Below are positions 11,383-41,107 of a stretch of 64,000 bases of DNA, piece after piece (position 1 is the first letter of the stretch; each line of letters begins with the position of its first letter). A program made the position numbers and the translations under genes. Source of the stretch: Dictyostelium discoideum (Eukaryota); the NCBI GenBank assembly GCA_000004695.1, contig CM000151.3, positions 3,104,001 through 3,168,000 on the forward strand, read 5' to 3'. Below the pieces are notes generated by a model, which was not told the DNA's origin, made no database searches, and saw only the letters and a list, made by a program, of their open reading frames with translations.

Positions 11383-13570
11383 GCAACAACAACAACACAA
11401 CCACCAATTTATTGTGTATCAATTCAAAGAAATATTTTCTATTATATCATTGGTCACATACTATCATGTTATCAATATTCAAAGCCACAATATATAATTG
11501 ATTTCCCTGTATCATGTGAAGTTCAAGATAAAAAACATTCTTTTACCATTTTATTGGGTGGTACATCTGGTTGTGGTAAATCAACACTCACTGCTTTATT
11601 AGCCTCAAGAATCGGTTTCACTGCTGTTATCTCTACTGATAACATTAGACAATTACTAAGAAAATTCATTAGTAGACAAGAATCACCTATACTTTGGGCT
11701 TCAACTTATCATGCTGGTGAAATCATTTCAAATCCATCATTATCACATAAAGAAAAAGTAATTAATTCTTTTTTTTTTTTTTTTTTTAAATGTTATATAT
11801 ATATAATTAATAACTTTTTATTTTTAATTTTATTTTATAGATTTTACAAGGTTATGAAGCACAAAATGAAATGATTTTTAATAAATTAGATATTTTAATT
11901 GGACATTATGAAAAGAGAAAAGAATCATTAATTGTTGAAGGTGTTCATTTAGATACTAAACTCATTCTAAGATTAGTAAAGAAACATCCATCTTGTATTC
12001 CATTTTTAATGTACATTAGTAATGAAGCAAAACATAAAGAAAGATTTGCAATTCGTTCAAAATATATGACTCTCGATCCTCATCAAAATAAATATACAAA
12101 ATACTTTAAAAATATTCGTATCATTAATGATCATTTATGTCATGGCGCTGATGAACATATGGTAAGTTTTTTAAATATAAATATATAAGGATAGAAATAT
12201 TGATTGATAGAAAGATTGATTAATAAATATTCCAATTTATATTTAAAATATTGATACATATATTTTTAGATTCCACAAATTGATAATACAAGTATTGATA
12301 GATCTTTAGCTACAATTCATGGCACCATCTTTGCTTGTTTAAAGAGAAAAGTACAATGTGGTGAATCTTATTATAATCATGAAACTGATAAGTATGTATT
12401 ATTGATCCTTTTTTAATAATAATAATAATTTCTAACATTAAAAAAAAAAAAAAAAAAAAAAAACTATTTAGAATGAATATGTTATATAATCAATATGAAC
12501 AAATTCAACATCAATTTTGGTCATCAAAGGGTATGTTGAGATTAATTCAAAAAAAAAAAACTGTTAGTCCTCATGGAAATAATAACGTCACCGGCGATGT
12601 AGATAATAATAATAGCAATAGTAACAACAATAATGTCAATAATAATAATGGTGATAATAATGGTGATAGTAATGTTGATAATAATAGTAATGATAATGAC
12701 AATAATAATAATAATAGTAATAATATTAGTAATATTAATAATGATAATGATAATAATAATAATGATAATGATAATAGTAATGTTGATAATAATAACGATA
12801 ATAGTGATAATAGTGTTAATAGTAATAATAGTATTAATAGTAATAATGGTAATGAGGGTAGTAATAATTGTAATGTTGTAAATGGTAATAATAGTAATAG
12901 CGATATATTAATTAAGGTTGAATACAATAAAAATAATAATAGTAGTAGTAACGATAATGAATACAAGAATAGCAATGACAATCATTGCAATATAAAAAAT
13001 GAAACCGAAAATAGTGATATTAATGGTTGTATCAATAACAACATCATCAGCTACAATAACAATATAAAGAATAACACTGATAATACCACTGGTAATCATA
13101 ATTATACCACTATGAATGGTAACAATGAAAATGATTGTAAAAATAATAATAATAATAATAATATTAAAACCATACCAAACGAGGGACAACAACAACCACA
13201 ACAACAACCACAACAGCAACCACCACAACAATCACAACAACAACCACAACTACAACAAAAAAAGCAACAAATACAAGAAGAACAACAAAATTTAAATAAT
13301 AATAATAAATCAATTGAAGATGATGAAGAAGCATTCAATAGCGATGATGAACATGATCATGAAGATGATTCAATTAGAGGTAATGAATCTGGTTCAGTTG
13401 GTGACCATGGTAATAGTGTTAAGAAATCCTCATTAAATGATAAAAATCATAATAATGGTAATAATCAAAGTAATGAAGATAATGACGATGATTCAGATAT
13501 TTCAGATTCAGATTCAGATGGTGGTGAAAGAATTGATTATTATTTAGATTGTGGTTCACTTGGTAGTTAA
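10676..13570 (+). CDS. P-loop NTPase of the 2-phosphoglycerate kinase-like (plant LPA1-like) family with an Asn/Asp/Ser-rich C-terminal extension of about 330 aa. Exons 10676..10975, 11080..11757, 11841..12161, 12270..12391, 12472..13570.
   Basis: Walker A FTILLGGTSGCGKSTLTALLASRIGFTAVISTDNIRQLLRK, followed by ESLIVEGVHLD (Walker B-like). All exons join in frame (phases 0,0,0,2). The last exon is mostly (AAT/GAT/AGT)n codons, ending in an acidic DSDISDSDSD tail. Confidence 0.6.
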
Positions 13571-13780
13571 AAAATTTTAAAATAAAAAAATAAAAAAAAT
13601 AAACAAACACAATATTAATTTTGTTCTATAAATAAAAAATAAAATAAAAAAAAACATTACTTTCATAATTTTCTCCACCCCCCAAACCTTTACTTTTGTG
13701 TATAAAAAAATTGAATTTTATTTAATAATTTTACAACTTTTGATTAAACCTAAAATTTTGTTTTATTTAAGTTTCTTCTC

Positions 13781-14163
13781 TTATTTCATACCTTTTAATT
13801 GTTGAACTTTTTGAGCTAAAATTTCATCAGTTAAATCTTGTGAAGGATTTTCAGAAAATAATGAAACATGAATTGGTGAAAAGAATTCATCAATCTTACC
13901 TCTATGAGTTGTTAGACGACCTTTAACCATTGGTGAAACTGATACGCCAACAAAGGTAATTTGAGCATGTTTTGGTTGAACGATACCATCGATAACATCA
14001 GTGGTCGCAACGATACCATAGTTTACATTTTGATCCTTTAAATGTGAGACTAACTCCTGAAGACCACCAGTACCTTTACCAACTAAACCTAATCTTTCTT
14101 TATCTTCATAACCAATTAACATCCAATTAATTGGATCAGATGATGTTTTAACTTGTTCAACTA
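13781..14163 (-). CDS. Second ADF-H unit directly downstream of the first, out of frame, with no ATG before its N-terminal NW.LIGY motif. It is either a fused second domain (two-ADF-H protein) or a truncated or decaying duplicate.
   Basis: NYELKKIVEQVKTSSDPINWMLIGYEDKERLGLVGKGTGGLQELVSHLKDQNVNYGIVATTDVIDGIVQPKHAQITFVGVSVSPMVKGRLTTHRGKIDEFFSPIHVSLFSENPSQDLTDEILAQKVQQLKGMK. The frame is open from 14163. The only ATG (14122) lies after the first helix. Confidence 0.4.
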
Positions 14164-14169
14164 TTTTTT

Positions 14170-14541
14170 TTAATTCATAATTTCAGTTTCACTTAATTCA
14201 CTCTTTAATGATGCAATGATTTCAACATTATAATGACCAAGTAATTTTGTAACTGATGTTTTATTTACACTGTATTTGGCTTTTTCAATGGCTTTAACAT
14301 TATCACCAATAAATGTAATATAAACGAATCTATCAGTTGGAATTCCATCAACATGATCAACTACTCTGAGAATTGCATAAACCATTGATGTATCATCAAA
14401 ATGTTCAATTAATTCATTAATACCTTTAGTACCAGTTGATAATAATTTAATTTTATCTGGTGATCCATCATAACTTTAAAAAATAAAAAAAAAACAGGAA
14501 AAAAAAGATAAAAATAAAAAATTAATATCTGAGATTTTTTA

Positions 14542-14573
<32 letters not shown>

Positions 14574-14754
14574 AGAAATAAAATTACCCAACTAATAACC
14601 AATTTGTGGCACTATCTGTTTTGTGGACAGATTTAACTGCATCATTAAAATCTTCAAGATTTGATACAGAAACGGAATTACCAGCTCCTGGGGTGCTCAT
14701 TGAGCCTGCTTTTCTTTCAGCTAATGAAAATCTTAATTGGCCATCTGTTGACAT
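14170..14754 (-). CDS. Coactosin/Abp1-like ADF-H (actin-depolymerising-factor homology) protein of 156 aa. Exons 14754..14588 and 14473..14170.
   Basis: MSTDGQLRF...DSATNWLLVG|YDGSPDKIKLLSTGTKGINELIEHFDDTSMVYAILRVVDHVDGIPTDRFVYITFIGDNVKAIEKAKYS... This is the ADF-H pattern (NWxLxGY, VxYAxxRV, KFVxIxWxGxxV-like). GTAATT...AAAG intron, phase 2. Confidence 0.7.
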
Positions 14755-14794
14755 TTTGTATTATCTTTTTTTTTTTTTTATTTGTTTCACTTTG

Positions 14795-14857
<63 letters not shown>

Positions 14858-15767
14858 TACACAAAAATATCTTTTTTTTTTTTTTAATTAAAAATTATTT
14901 GAAAAAAAAAGCCAAGTTTTATTTTAAATTCAATGACTTTTTTTTTTTTTTTTATAGGTTTTACATTTTTTTATTTTTTTTATATTTTTTAATCATAATC
15001 TTGATTTCAGCTATTTTATCTTTTTATTTATTTTTTCAATGAAAATGTATTTCAATATTATATTTCTGTAAGTTTAGGAAAAAACAAACTCATTCCCCCT
15101 TTTTTGCTTAAAAATTTATGTTTTTTTTTTTTTTTTTGGATGATTATATGGAACACTAACAACATCACCAACATTAGCACTAACCACCCAGAACAAGAAA
15201 AAGTAAATAAATAAAAAAAATAAAATAAAAACAAAAAATAATAAAAAAAAATAAAAGAAAATAAAATATCCTAGTTTTTGATTTTTCATTTTTTTTTTCC
15301 CCAAGTTATAAATTTAATGAATTTTTTTTTTTTTTTTTTTTTTTTTTGATATTTAAGGTTTTATTTTACATTTTTTATTTTTTTATTTTTTTTTTTGTCA
15401 TAACCTTGATTCCAACTATTTTATCTTTTTATTTATTTTTTTTTGAATGAAAATGTATTTTAATATTATATCCATAAAAAAGTTTGGAAAAAATAAATTT
15501 ATTATCTCTTTTTCCTAAATAGTTTTAAAGCTTAAAAATTTAAGTTTTTTGGATTGATTTAATTTTTTAAATTTATTTTTTATTTTTTTTTGATTTAATT
15601 TTCAAATTTCTTTTTTTTATTTTTTATTTTTTATTTTTATTTTTATTTTTTTTTTTTTTGATTAAATTTTCTTTTTTTTTCTTTTTTCTTTTTTTATTAT
15701 AAATTTATTTTTTTATATTTTTCTTTTTTTTTTCTCTCATAAACATTATTTGTATATAAAGAAATAA

Positions 15768-15811
<44 letters not shown>

Positions 15812-15856
15812 AGAAAAAAAAAAAAAAAAAGAAAAAAAAAAAAAAAAGTAAAAAAT

Positions 15857-33068
<17,212 letters not shown>

Positions 33069-33090
33069 ATTATTTATAAATAATTTAATC

Positions 33091-33121
<31 letters not shown>

Positions 33122-34427
33122 ATAAATAAACTATTTAAATTAATAAAAAAAAAAAAATCCAAATATTAAGGTTTTAATCAGTATTCGAAATTATCTGTAT
33201 ATTAATAAAAAAAATTAAAAAATAAAAAAAAAATAAAAAAAAAAAATAAACGATTTTTCATACTTTATTAGTTAACCACTCTTTTTTTAATAATTATTAA
33301 TTTTGAATAATTTTTTTTAAAATGATTTATGGCTCACTTAATTTTTTTTTTTTTTTTTTTTATTTAATTATTTTAAAATAGGTAAAAAAAAAAAAATTTA
33401 ACAACTAAACTGAGAAATAAAAAAAATTATAATAATAATACCCCATCAAACTAGTATCTCTAATAGAAACTGATTAATTTTTTATTATTTTTTTTTTTTC
33501 TTTTTGGGTCAAAAAATGAAAAAACATTTTATAGAGGCCCACATAATTAGGTAAATTTAAAAAAATGATATGAGTAGATATTATCAACGACCTATAGATA
33601 TAGATAATTAAGAAAATTATTTTTAATTATAAAAAAAAATGGCTATTTTCTTTTTTATTGTTTTATGGAATTGGAAATCAAATTCCATGAGGTAGCAAGT
33701 TTAAATATTGATCTATCAGGAGTTTGAATCATTTGATAGTAAAACGTTAGACAATTGAATAGGTTTGATTGTTTATGATTTTCAAAGTATTTATATGATA
33801 CTTTTCTCATTTTATTTTAGTTTTTTAATTTTTTTTTTTTTTTTTTTAATCATTTTCTATCAATACATTAAAAAAAAAAAAAAAATAATATAAAAAAAAA
33901 AAATAAAAAAAATAAAAAAAAAAATGTCAATTTTATATTTGATCACTTTGAATAAAAAAAAATAAAAAAAATAAAAAAAAATAAAAAAAAATAAAAAAAA
34001 AAATAAAAAAAAATAAAAAAAAATAAAAAAAAATAAAATAAAATAGGGTAATCACATCATGTCATGGTTTCTATCGATTTGTTTTTAGTTAATAACGACG
34101 TTGCAAATAACAAACAAATTCTTTTAAACCAGTTAACGACTTTTTTTTTTTTTAATTTTATTTTTTTTTAATTTTTTTAATTTTTTTTTTTTAAAAAATA
34201 TTTAGGCCAGAGAAAAAAAAAAAAAAAATATTTAGGCCAGAGAAAAAAAACTCACACCAGACCAAAAATTTTTAAAGACCAGTATAACAATTCTCGATAT
34301 CTTTTATTACCTGTATAATTATAATAATTATTTATATTTTTAGATATTTTAATTCGATTTAATAAAATTTATAGAATTTATAATATTTTATATAAAAATC
34401 TAAAATCTAAAAACAAAATAACCAAAT

Positions 34428-34482
<55 letters not shown>

Positions 34483-34625
34483 TCACACAAATAATCACAC
34501 AGATTTAGTAAACCAAATAAAAAATTAATATTCCAACATTTTTACCACAAATTAAATAAAAAATAAATAAAAAAATAAATTAATAAATAAATAAATAAAT
34601 AAATAAAAAAAAAAAAAAAAAAAAA

Positions 34626-35863
34626 ATGAAATTCATATATTCAATTTTCATAATAATTCAAATAATATTTTTCATAAATTTAATAAATGGTCAGATTGTT
34701 AGAGGACCAGATTTACAACTTGGGTACGTTGAAAATGGTACAATGCTCCTTGGTTCACCAAATGTCGTTAATATAGGAGATCAAAATTTTATGAATACAA
34801 AAGATTTATCAAATTCCTCATGGACAGACCACAGATACAATAGATATGATTGGTCATTCATTAGATTCCACATTAGAAATAATCAATCTGGTTTCGAAGC
34901 AACTGCTGATTTTCATCCAAGAGTCGACGAATTTTCAACTATTAAATTCAGTGGTAAGTATTGAAAAAAATAAAAAATTAATTTTAAAATTTTTTATAAT
35001 TTAATATATACTAATTTTATTTATTTGTTTTAAAATACATAAAGCAAATGGACTTATTCAATATTTAAATGAAACAAATAAAAATAGAAACGTTTTTAAA
35101 AATAGAGAAGTAGAAGGTTATACAGTTTGGGCAGAGATTCCATATTCTAAAAATGTAACATCTTTCACAAGTAGACTTGTTGATGTACCATGTCAAGAAA
35201 CTCTTACAAATGGTTCAGTCGTTGTTAGTACAGATAAAGCATGCCAAAACGTGACAGACATAACCACAGCAACCTACCAAAAAGTAGAAAATTATAATTC
35301 AACAGTTTTGGAACCAATCATTTTGCCACCAAAACATATCTTTGAATTTAGTACAAGAACATTTGTCAGCTATTTCACTATCATTTTCCAACTTGATAAT
35401 GGTGCCATTGTGGATGCAGTTTGGGATGGTGATAGAGATACTTCAATTTGTAAAAATTGTGATTCCTGTATCGATAATCAATGTGCAACCAAATTCGATG
35501 ATATGAGATGTGATGAAGGTGTAGGTTGTCAATTAAAATTCTTTTTAGCATGGGCTGGTGTTGATAAAAGTGGAAAAAATTGTGTTTCATTAAATAAGAT
35601 TCCAAGTAAATTCCAAGTAAGTTTTATTATTATTATTATAATTATTATTTTTTTTTGTATGGTAAAAAAAAAAAAAAAAAAAAACCTGGAACTAATAAAA
35701 TTAATTTTTCTTTATTATTACTATTATTATTATAGAAATACTCTGCTACTGCAATTAAGAATATGGGTACTGGTTTGGTTAGTGATTTCTTCTACAAAGT
35801 AATTATCATTTTCTTTTTTTTTTTTTTTTAAAAAACAATATCATCCAATTTACTAACATTTAA

Positions 35864-35953
<90 letters not shown>

Positions 35954-35991
35954 AGATCAATGATAATAACAACAACCCAAACACAGCTTAA
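34626..35991 (+). CDS. Secreted Cys-containing protein, family member A (332 aa), 4 exons: 34626..34953, 35045..35616, 35736..35798, 35956..35991.
   Basis: Signal peptide [23 protein letters not shown]. There is collinear similarity to the intronless paralog at 53833-54897 ([104 protein letters not shown]). The introns are GTAAGT/GTAATT...YAG. The last one contains a (TTA)n tract. Confidence 0.7.
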
Positions 35992-36433
35992 ATTTATTTA
36001 TACTTTATATTTATTATGTCAAATTGACATTATTTTTATAAAAAAAAAAAATAAAAAAAAATAAATACATGTAATAATATCGATATTATTACATTATAGT
36101 TTTTCGTATACTCCAATTGAAATAGATTTTAAATAATTTTTATTTTATTTTATTTTATTTTTAAATAAATAATTTTTATATTTAAAAACTAAATATATTA
36201 CATTATTTTATTATTATTTATAAATAGTTTAAAATTTAATTAAATGATTATTATTATTATTATTTTTTTTTTTTTTTTATTGTTAATTAAATATTTATTA
36301 GATTTAGAATTAAGGTCCCTAGATTTATTAATTTACTTTATAATTTTTATTATAAATGGTGAAATATATTATATTACATTTTATTGAAACCTGTTAATCT
36401 TTTTTTTTTTTTTCTTTTTTTTTCTTCTTTTTT

Positions 36434-36991
36434 TTAACTTGAAAAAGAAGGCATTTGTTTTAAATATAAATTTAACTGATTAATGAAAGTATCACATTTT
36501 ACTGTTGTACCATGTTTATAGATTGGATTCTTTATAACATATTCTACAAAAATTTGACTGTATATCTTTTTTAAATCATCTCTAAGGTCAGGGACATTTG
36601 GGTCAGACATTATTATAAATTTAATACATGATAATGTTTCATAATAATGTAATTTATAAGTTGATGTTTTATAACAATGAAATCCTGTTTTATCGTCAAT
36701 TCTAAAAGGAAAAAAAAAAAAAAAAAGATTATTAGTCATTATAATTAATTTTTTTTATACCAGAATTTGTGGTATTTTTTTTTTTTTTATAAATGTAAAT
36801 ATAAATAGGAGTAAAAAAAAAAAAACATACTTTTTTGGTGATGATGAAGTAATAAATGCTTTTAAGGAATAAAGCATACCAAACAATAATTTTTGATCCT
36901 CTGATTGATTTTGAGACTGTTTTTTTTTATTCCAATCTTCATAATATATACATGTTCCGTCTTTATTAAATATATATATGTTGTATATCAT
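36434..36991 (-). CDS. trappc1: TRAPP complex subunit 1 (Bet5), 142 aa, 2 exons: 36991..36831 and 36701..36434.
   Basis: MIYNIYIFNKDGTCIYYEDWNKKKQ...LLFGMLYSLKAFITSSSPK|K IDDKTGFHCYKTSTYKLHYYETLSCIKFIIMSDPNVPDLRDDLKKIYSQIFVEYVIKNPIYKHGTTVKCDTFINQLNLYLKQMPSFSS. This is collinear with human TRAPPC1 (MTVHNLYLFDRNG..YKLHYYETPTGIK..). GTATGT..TTTTAG intron, phase 2. Confidence 0.85.
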
Positions 36992-37017
36992 TTTGTTTGA
37001 AATTTGGTAGTTTTTTG

Positions 37018-37065
<48 letters not shown>

Positions 37066-38192
37066 AAAAAAAAAAAAAAATTAAAAAAAATTGAAATAAA
37101 AAAAAAAAAAAAAAATAAAATTAAAAAAAATAAAAAAATTAAATTGAATTCAGATCTGAACATTACCATTATTGACAGACCCGCTGTTAATTTTTATAGG
37201 TAATTATTTAACTTTTTTTTTTTTTTTTATTCACTTTAATCATTTTTCTTTGTTATTTGATTGACTAAATCATATTTTTTTTTTTTTTTTAATCGATCAA
37301 ACCTCAACAACCAGTCAACAGGAAATGGATGGACCAATCCATTTCAACCATATCAAGCATTATATAATCACTGCAACAATTTCAATGGGTTTTAAAAAGG
37401 TAATTTTTTTTTTTTTTTTTTTTTTTAATAATTGTATAATAATTAAATTTTAATGTTTTTAAATTTATTATTAAAGTGAAGTAGAAAGAATTAATTCTGA
37501 AAAGGAAAAAAAAAAAAAAAAAAATCAAATCTAGATTAAAAGGAGAAATTCAAAGATATATTTTAGAAACTCAAATATTCATTTTTTTTCCATTTTTAAC
37601 AGATACAAAACAAAATAATAGTAGAGGTTTAATTAAACCTAAAATTCAGAATAAAATTCAGGTTCAATTATACACCTATAGTTATTTTGTTTTGGATCTG
37701 TTAAAATTGGATAAAAAATGATTTTTTTTAGTTTGTAAAATATATTTTGATATTGACTCGGACAAATTTGTCATTTTGGTATCTTTTTTTTCTTTTTTTT
37801 TTTTTTGATTTTCAAAAATAAAAAAAATAAAATAATCAATATTGATTTATTATAATAAATAATGAAAAAAAAAAGAATTAATTCTATTTTTAACCCCTTT
37901 TTTTTTTATCATTTTTTTTTATTTGTTATTAATTTATGATTTTTTTTATTTTTTTTTAATTGTTTTTCTAAACAAATTTTTTTTATAAATTGTTTCCCAT
38001 TTTGAGTGCACTACAAAAAAAAAAAAAACTTGATTGTTCATCTTTGAGGTTTTACAAAAAATAGTTAATACTAGTTTTGCTTGTAAACGATAAAAATCAT
38101 CACGGGAGACATTTTTTCCCACATATAATAAGATAAAGTAACAACTGACAAATAAAATAACACCCAGTTTTTAGATTTAAATTTAATCTTTA

Positions 38193-38225
<33 letters not shown>

Positions 38226-39611
38226 AATTATAAAAATAGAAAAAAGATATGGTTGGGTTATTTAAAATAATAAAAAAAAAAAAAAAAAAAAAAAACCTGA
38301 AATATTCGTATTAATGGAAAACTTTGAAGGTGGAACAAAGGTTATTTTAAACAAGTATTTTCATTAAAGATTATAGGAAAAAAATAAATTAAATAGTTTT
38401 ATTTTTTTATTTGATTTATTATCTCATCAATGCTTGTTGCTGTAGTTGATAAAATATTGATGAAATAAATTAATGAAATTCTATGTCACCCCCTAAAAAA
38501 AATAAAAAAAAACAACAAAAAAAACCTTTGTATGTCCAATAAATCCAATTTATTTTTTATAAATAATTAATTAATTATTTAAGAAGTATAAAAATTTTAA
38601 GGAGATTTTTTATTTTTATTTTTTATTTTTATTTTTTATTTTATTTTATTTATTAAAAGGAAAAAAAACATTAATAATTATAAAACCAAGGAAAAATATT
38701 GTTTTAATTAAAACAAAGATTTTAAAGTTTTAAATTATTTACATTTTTGATTTTTGAAAAAAAAAAAAAAAAAAACAAGGAACTTTTATCATTATATATA
38801 ATCATTATATATAATTATTTTTATTATTATTATTATTTTAACTATTTTATGTTAATGATTAGAGTGATTTATAAATTATTTTTACTTGTTTAACTGCTAT
38901 GGAAATTGTATGACTGTTGATGATAATAGTTTTTAAAAAAATTATAATTTTATTATTATAAATAATATTTATAAAAATAAAAATAAAAATAAAGTTACAC
39001 TAAACAACAACAAAGGAGTAAAGAGCTACAAACTAAAAAAACTATACCATTATCACTTAAAATATCTGCCCAAAAGCAAGTATTAAAGTAAACCTTCTAG
39101 AACAATAGAAAATATAATAAAAGATTCACCCTATTGAAACCTTAAATGATTAACAAAAATTAGAATATAAACAAAAAGGTCATACCAAGGGAAACATCAT
39201 TTTGTTTATCAAAATACATAATTAATTATTTTAATACAAAATTATTATTATTATTATTTACAAATAAAATTACCTAGTTAATATTTTTAAAAATTTAAAA
39301 AAAATAAAAAATTTTATAAAGTAAAAAAGTAAAAATAAAAAGTAAAATTAAAAATTAAAAAGGGGGTAACATAATAAATAAACTACAAAAAATAAAAATT
39401 TTAAAATCATTAATAATCATTATTATTATTATAAATAATGAGGCAAACAGTTAAATTTAAAAAAAAAGAAAAAATGAATAAAAAAAAAAAAAAAATACAA
39501 ATGGACCGATAACTTTTTTTTACTTTTATTTTTTTAAAAATAAAAAAGTCATCTCCATACTAATAATATTTATTTGGTTATTTTTTTGGTTTTTAGGAAA
39601 AAAAAAAAAAA

Positions 39612-39711
39612 NNNNNNNNNNNNNNNNNNNNNNNNNNNNNNNNNNNNNNNNNNNNNNNNNNNNNNNNNNNNNNNNNNNNNNNNNNNNNNNNNNNNNNNNN
39701 NNNNNNNNNNN
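39612..39711. other. Assembly gap (100 N).
   Basis: A run of n characters. Confidence 1.
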
Positions 39712-40102
39712 TAAAATTAAAATAATAAAATATTAAAAATAAAAAAATTAGTGTGAATGAAACATTGACAATTTGGAAAATGAATAAATAAAAAAAAATA
39801 AAAAAAAAAAAAATAAAAAACAAAAAAAAAAATAATAAAAACAAATAGTAATAATAATAATAATATTGATACTAAAAAAATAAAATAAAATAAAATAAAA
39901 TAATCTAATAGACATATTTTTTATTATAAAAAAAAAATAATAAATAATCAAAAAGTAAGTATATTAAAATTTTTATATATACCCATACTTGAATCTTTTA
40001 GATAATGATTTATTTCATATGTGATGATGATTAAAGTAGAATTTAGGGTAGCTTTTTTTCTTTAAATTCATTTTAATGAAAAAACAAATATATTTTTAAT
40101 TT

Positions 40103-40139
<37 letters not shown>

Positions 40140-40361
40140 CTTTAATTTTATCACTATAAAAACAAAGTTTTTTTTTTTATTTTTTTATTTAATAATTATA
40201 AATTTAAAATTAACAGTAAAATTAAAAAAATAATAGTATACTATAAAAAATGGTATGGATAATGTGGTATTATTTATAATAACGTTTTAAAATATTAATT
40301 ATTTTCATTTATTTTTTTTTTTTTTTATTTTCTCAACAAAATTTTATAATTGTAGAACAAA

Positions 40362-40553
40362 ATGAATATCTTGATTGTAATTATTATTATTATAATAACA
40401 ATAAGTTTTTCCCTTGGTAATGTGAATGAATGTTATGCAAATTGCTTCAAAAAGAATACTAGATACTGTGGAAAGGATCAATTTCTTTGTGATGTAGTTG
40501 TTGGTAAATGCCAAGAAAGTTGTAATATTGAATTTGGTATTGAACAAAAATAA
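40362..40553 (+). CDS. 63-aa secreted Cys6 peptide (paralog 1), intronless.
   Basis: Signal peptide MNILIVIIIIIITISFSLG, then a mature peptide with the spacing C-x3-C-x7-C-x6-C-x6-C-x3-C (NECYANCFKKNTRYCGKDQFLCDVVVGKCQESCNIEFGIEQK). Confidence 0.6.
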   Translation: MNILIVIIIIIITISFSLGNVNECYANCFKKNTRYCGKDQFLCDVVVGKCQESCNIEFGIEQK

Positions 40554-40729
40554 ATAAATTTTAAAAATAATAATAATATCAATTATAATAATTATAATAA
40601 TAAATGAAAATTTTAAAACATATCAATGAATTAAAAATAAATATAAATTTAAAAAAATAATAATTAAATTTTTTATGTAATAATATGTTTTTTTTTTTTT
40701 TTAATCAAATTTAAAAATAAATAAAAAAG

Positions 40730-40765
<36 letters not shown>

Positions 40766-41107
40766 AAAAAGAAATAATTATTTTTTTTTTTTTTTTGTTG
40801 GGGGTAATTATGTATATAATTTCAAAAAATGGTAATAATTAATAAGATCTCCTTTTTTGTGGGTGTTTTTGGTATAAATATTAATGAAATTATATGAAAA
40901 AAACTTTATTAATACCACCCATTAATTACTATTATTTTTTTTTTTTTTTTTGTTTTTTAATATTTTTTTTTTTTTTTTTTTATTTTAAAATAAAAACAAA
41001 AATTTAAAAAAAGATTTTTAAATTTGACAAGGGTTTTAACTTTTTTTTTTTTTTTTTTTTTTTTAATTTATAAAATCTAATTATTGAAACAAAATAAAAA
41101 TAGAATA

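Noticed and set aside
12571-13338. ORF-track ORFs 12571..12981(-), 12633..12881(+), 12908..13231(-), 13102..13338(-): poly-L/poly-I/poly-C proteins.
   Set aside because: These are alternative-frame or opposite-strand readings of the (AAT/GAT/AGT)n Asn/Asp-rich last exon of the P-loop gene. They have pure low complexity and no start context.
36997-37203. Poly-Lys ORFs (36997..37203, 44669..44893, 61116..61304 and similar) and poly-Phe ORFs in intergenic A/T tracts.
   Set aside because: These are translations of A- or T-homopolymer runs. They are not coding.
37325-37399. Possible short first exon MDGPIHFNHIKHYIITATISMGFKK followed by GTAATT, in the long spacer after trappc1.
   Set aside because: It has ATG plus a donor, but I could not find a convincing downstream exon. 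The downstream candidates are Lys/Phe-rich low complexity. It would need transcript evidence.
39000-39200. Non-low-complexity stretch before the assembly gap as a gene.
   Set aside because: Both strands have stops in all frames within 20 codons, and there are no splice-consistent exons.
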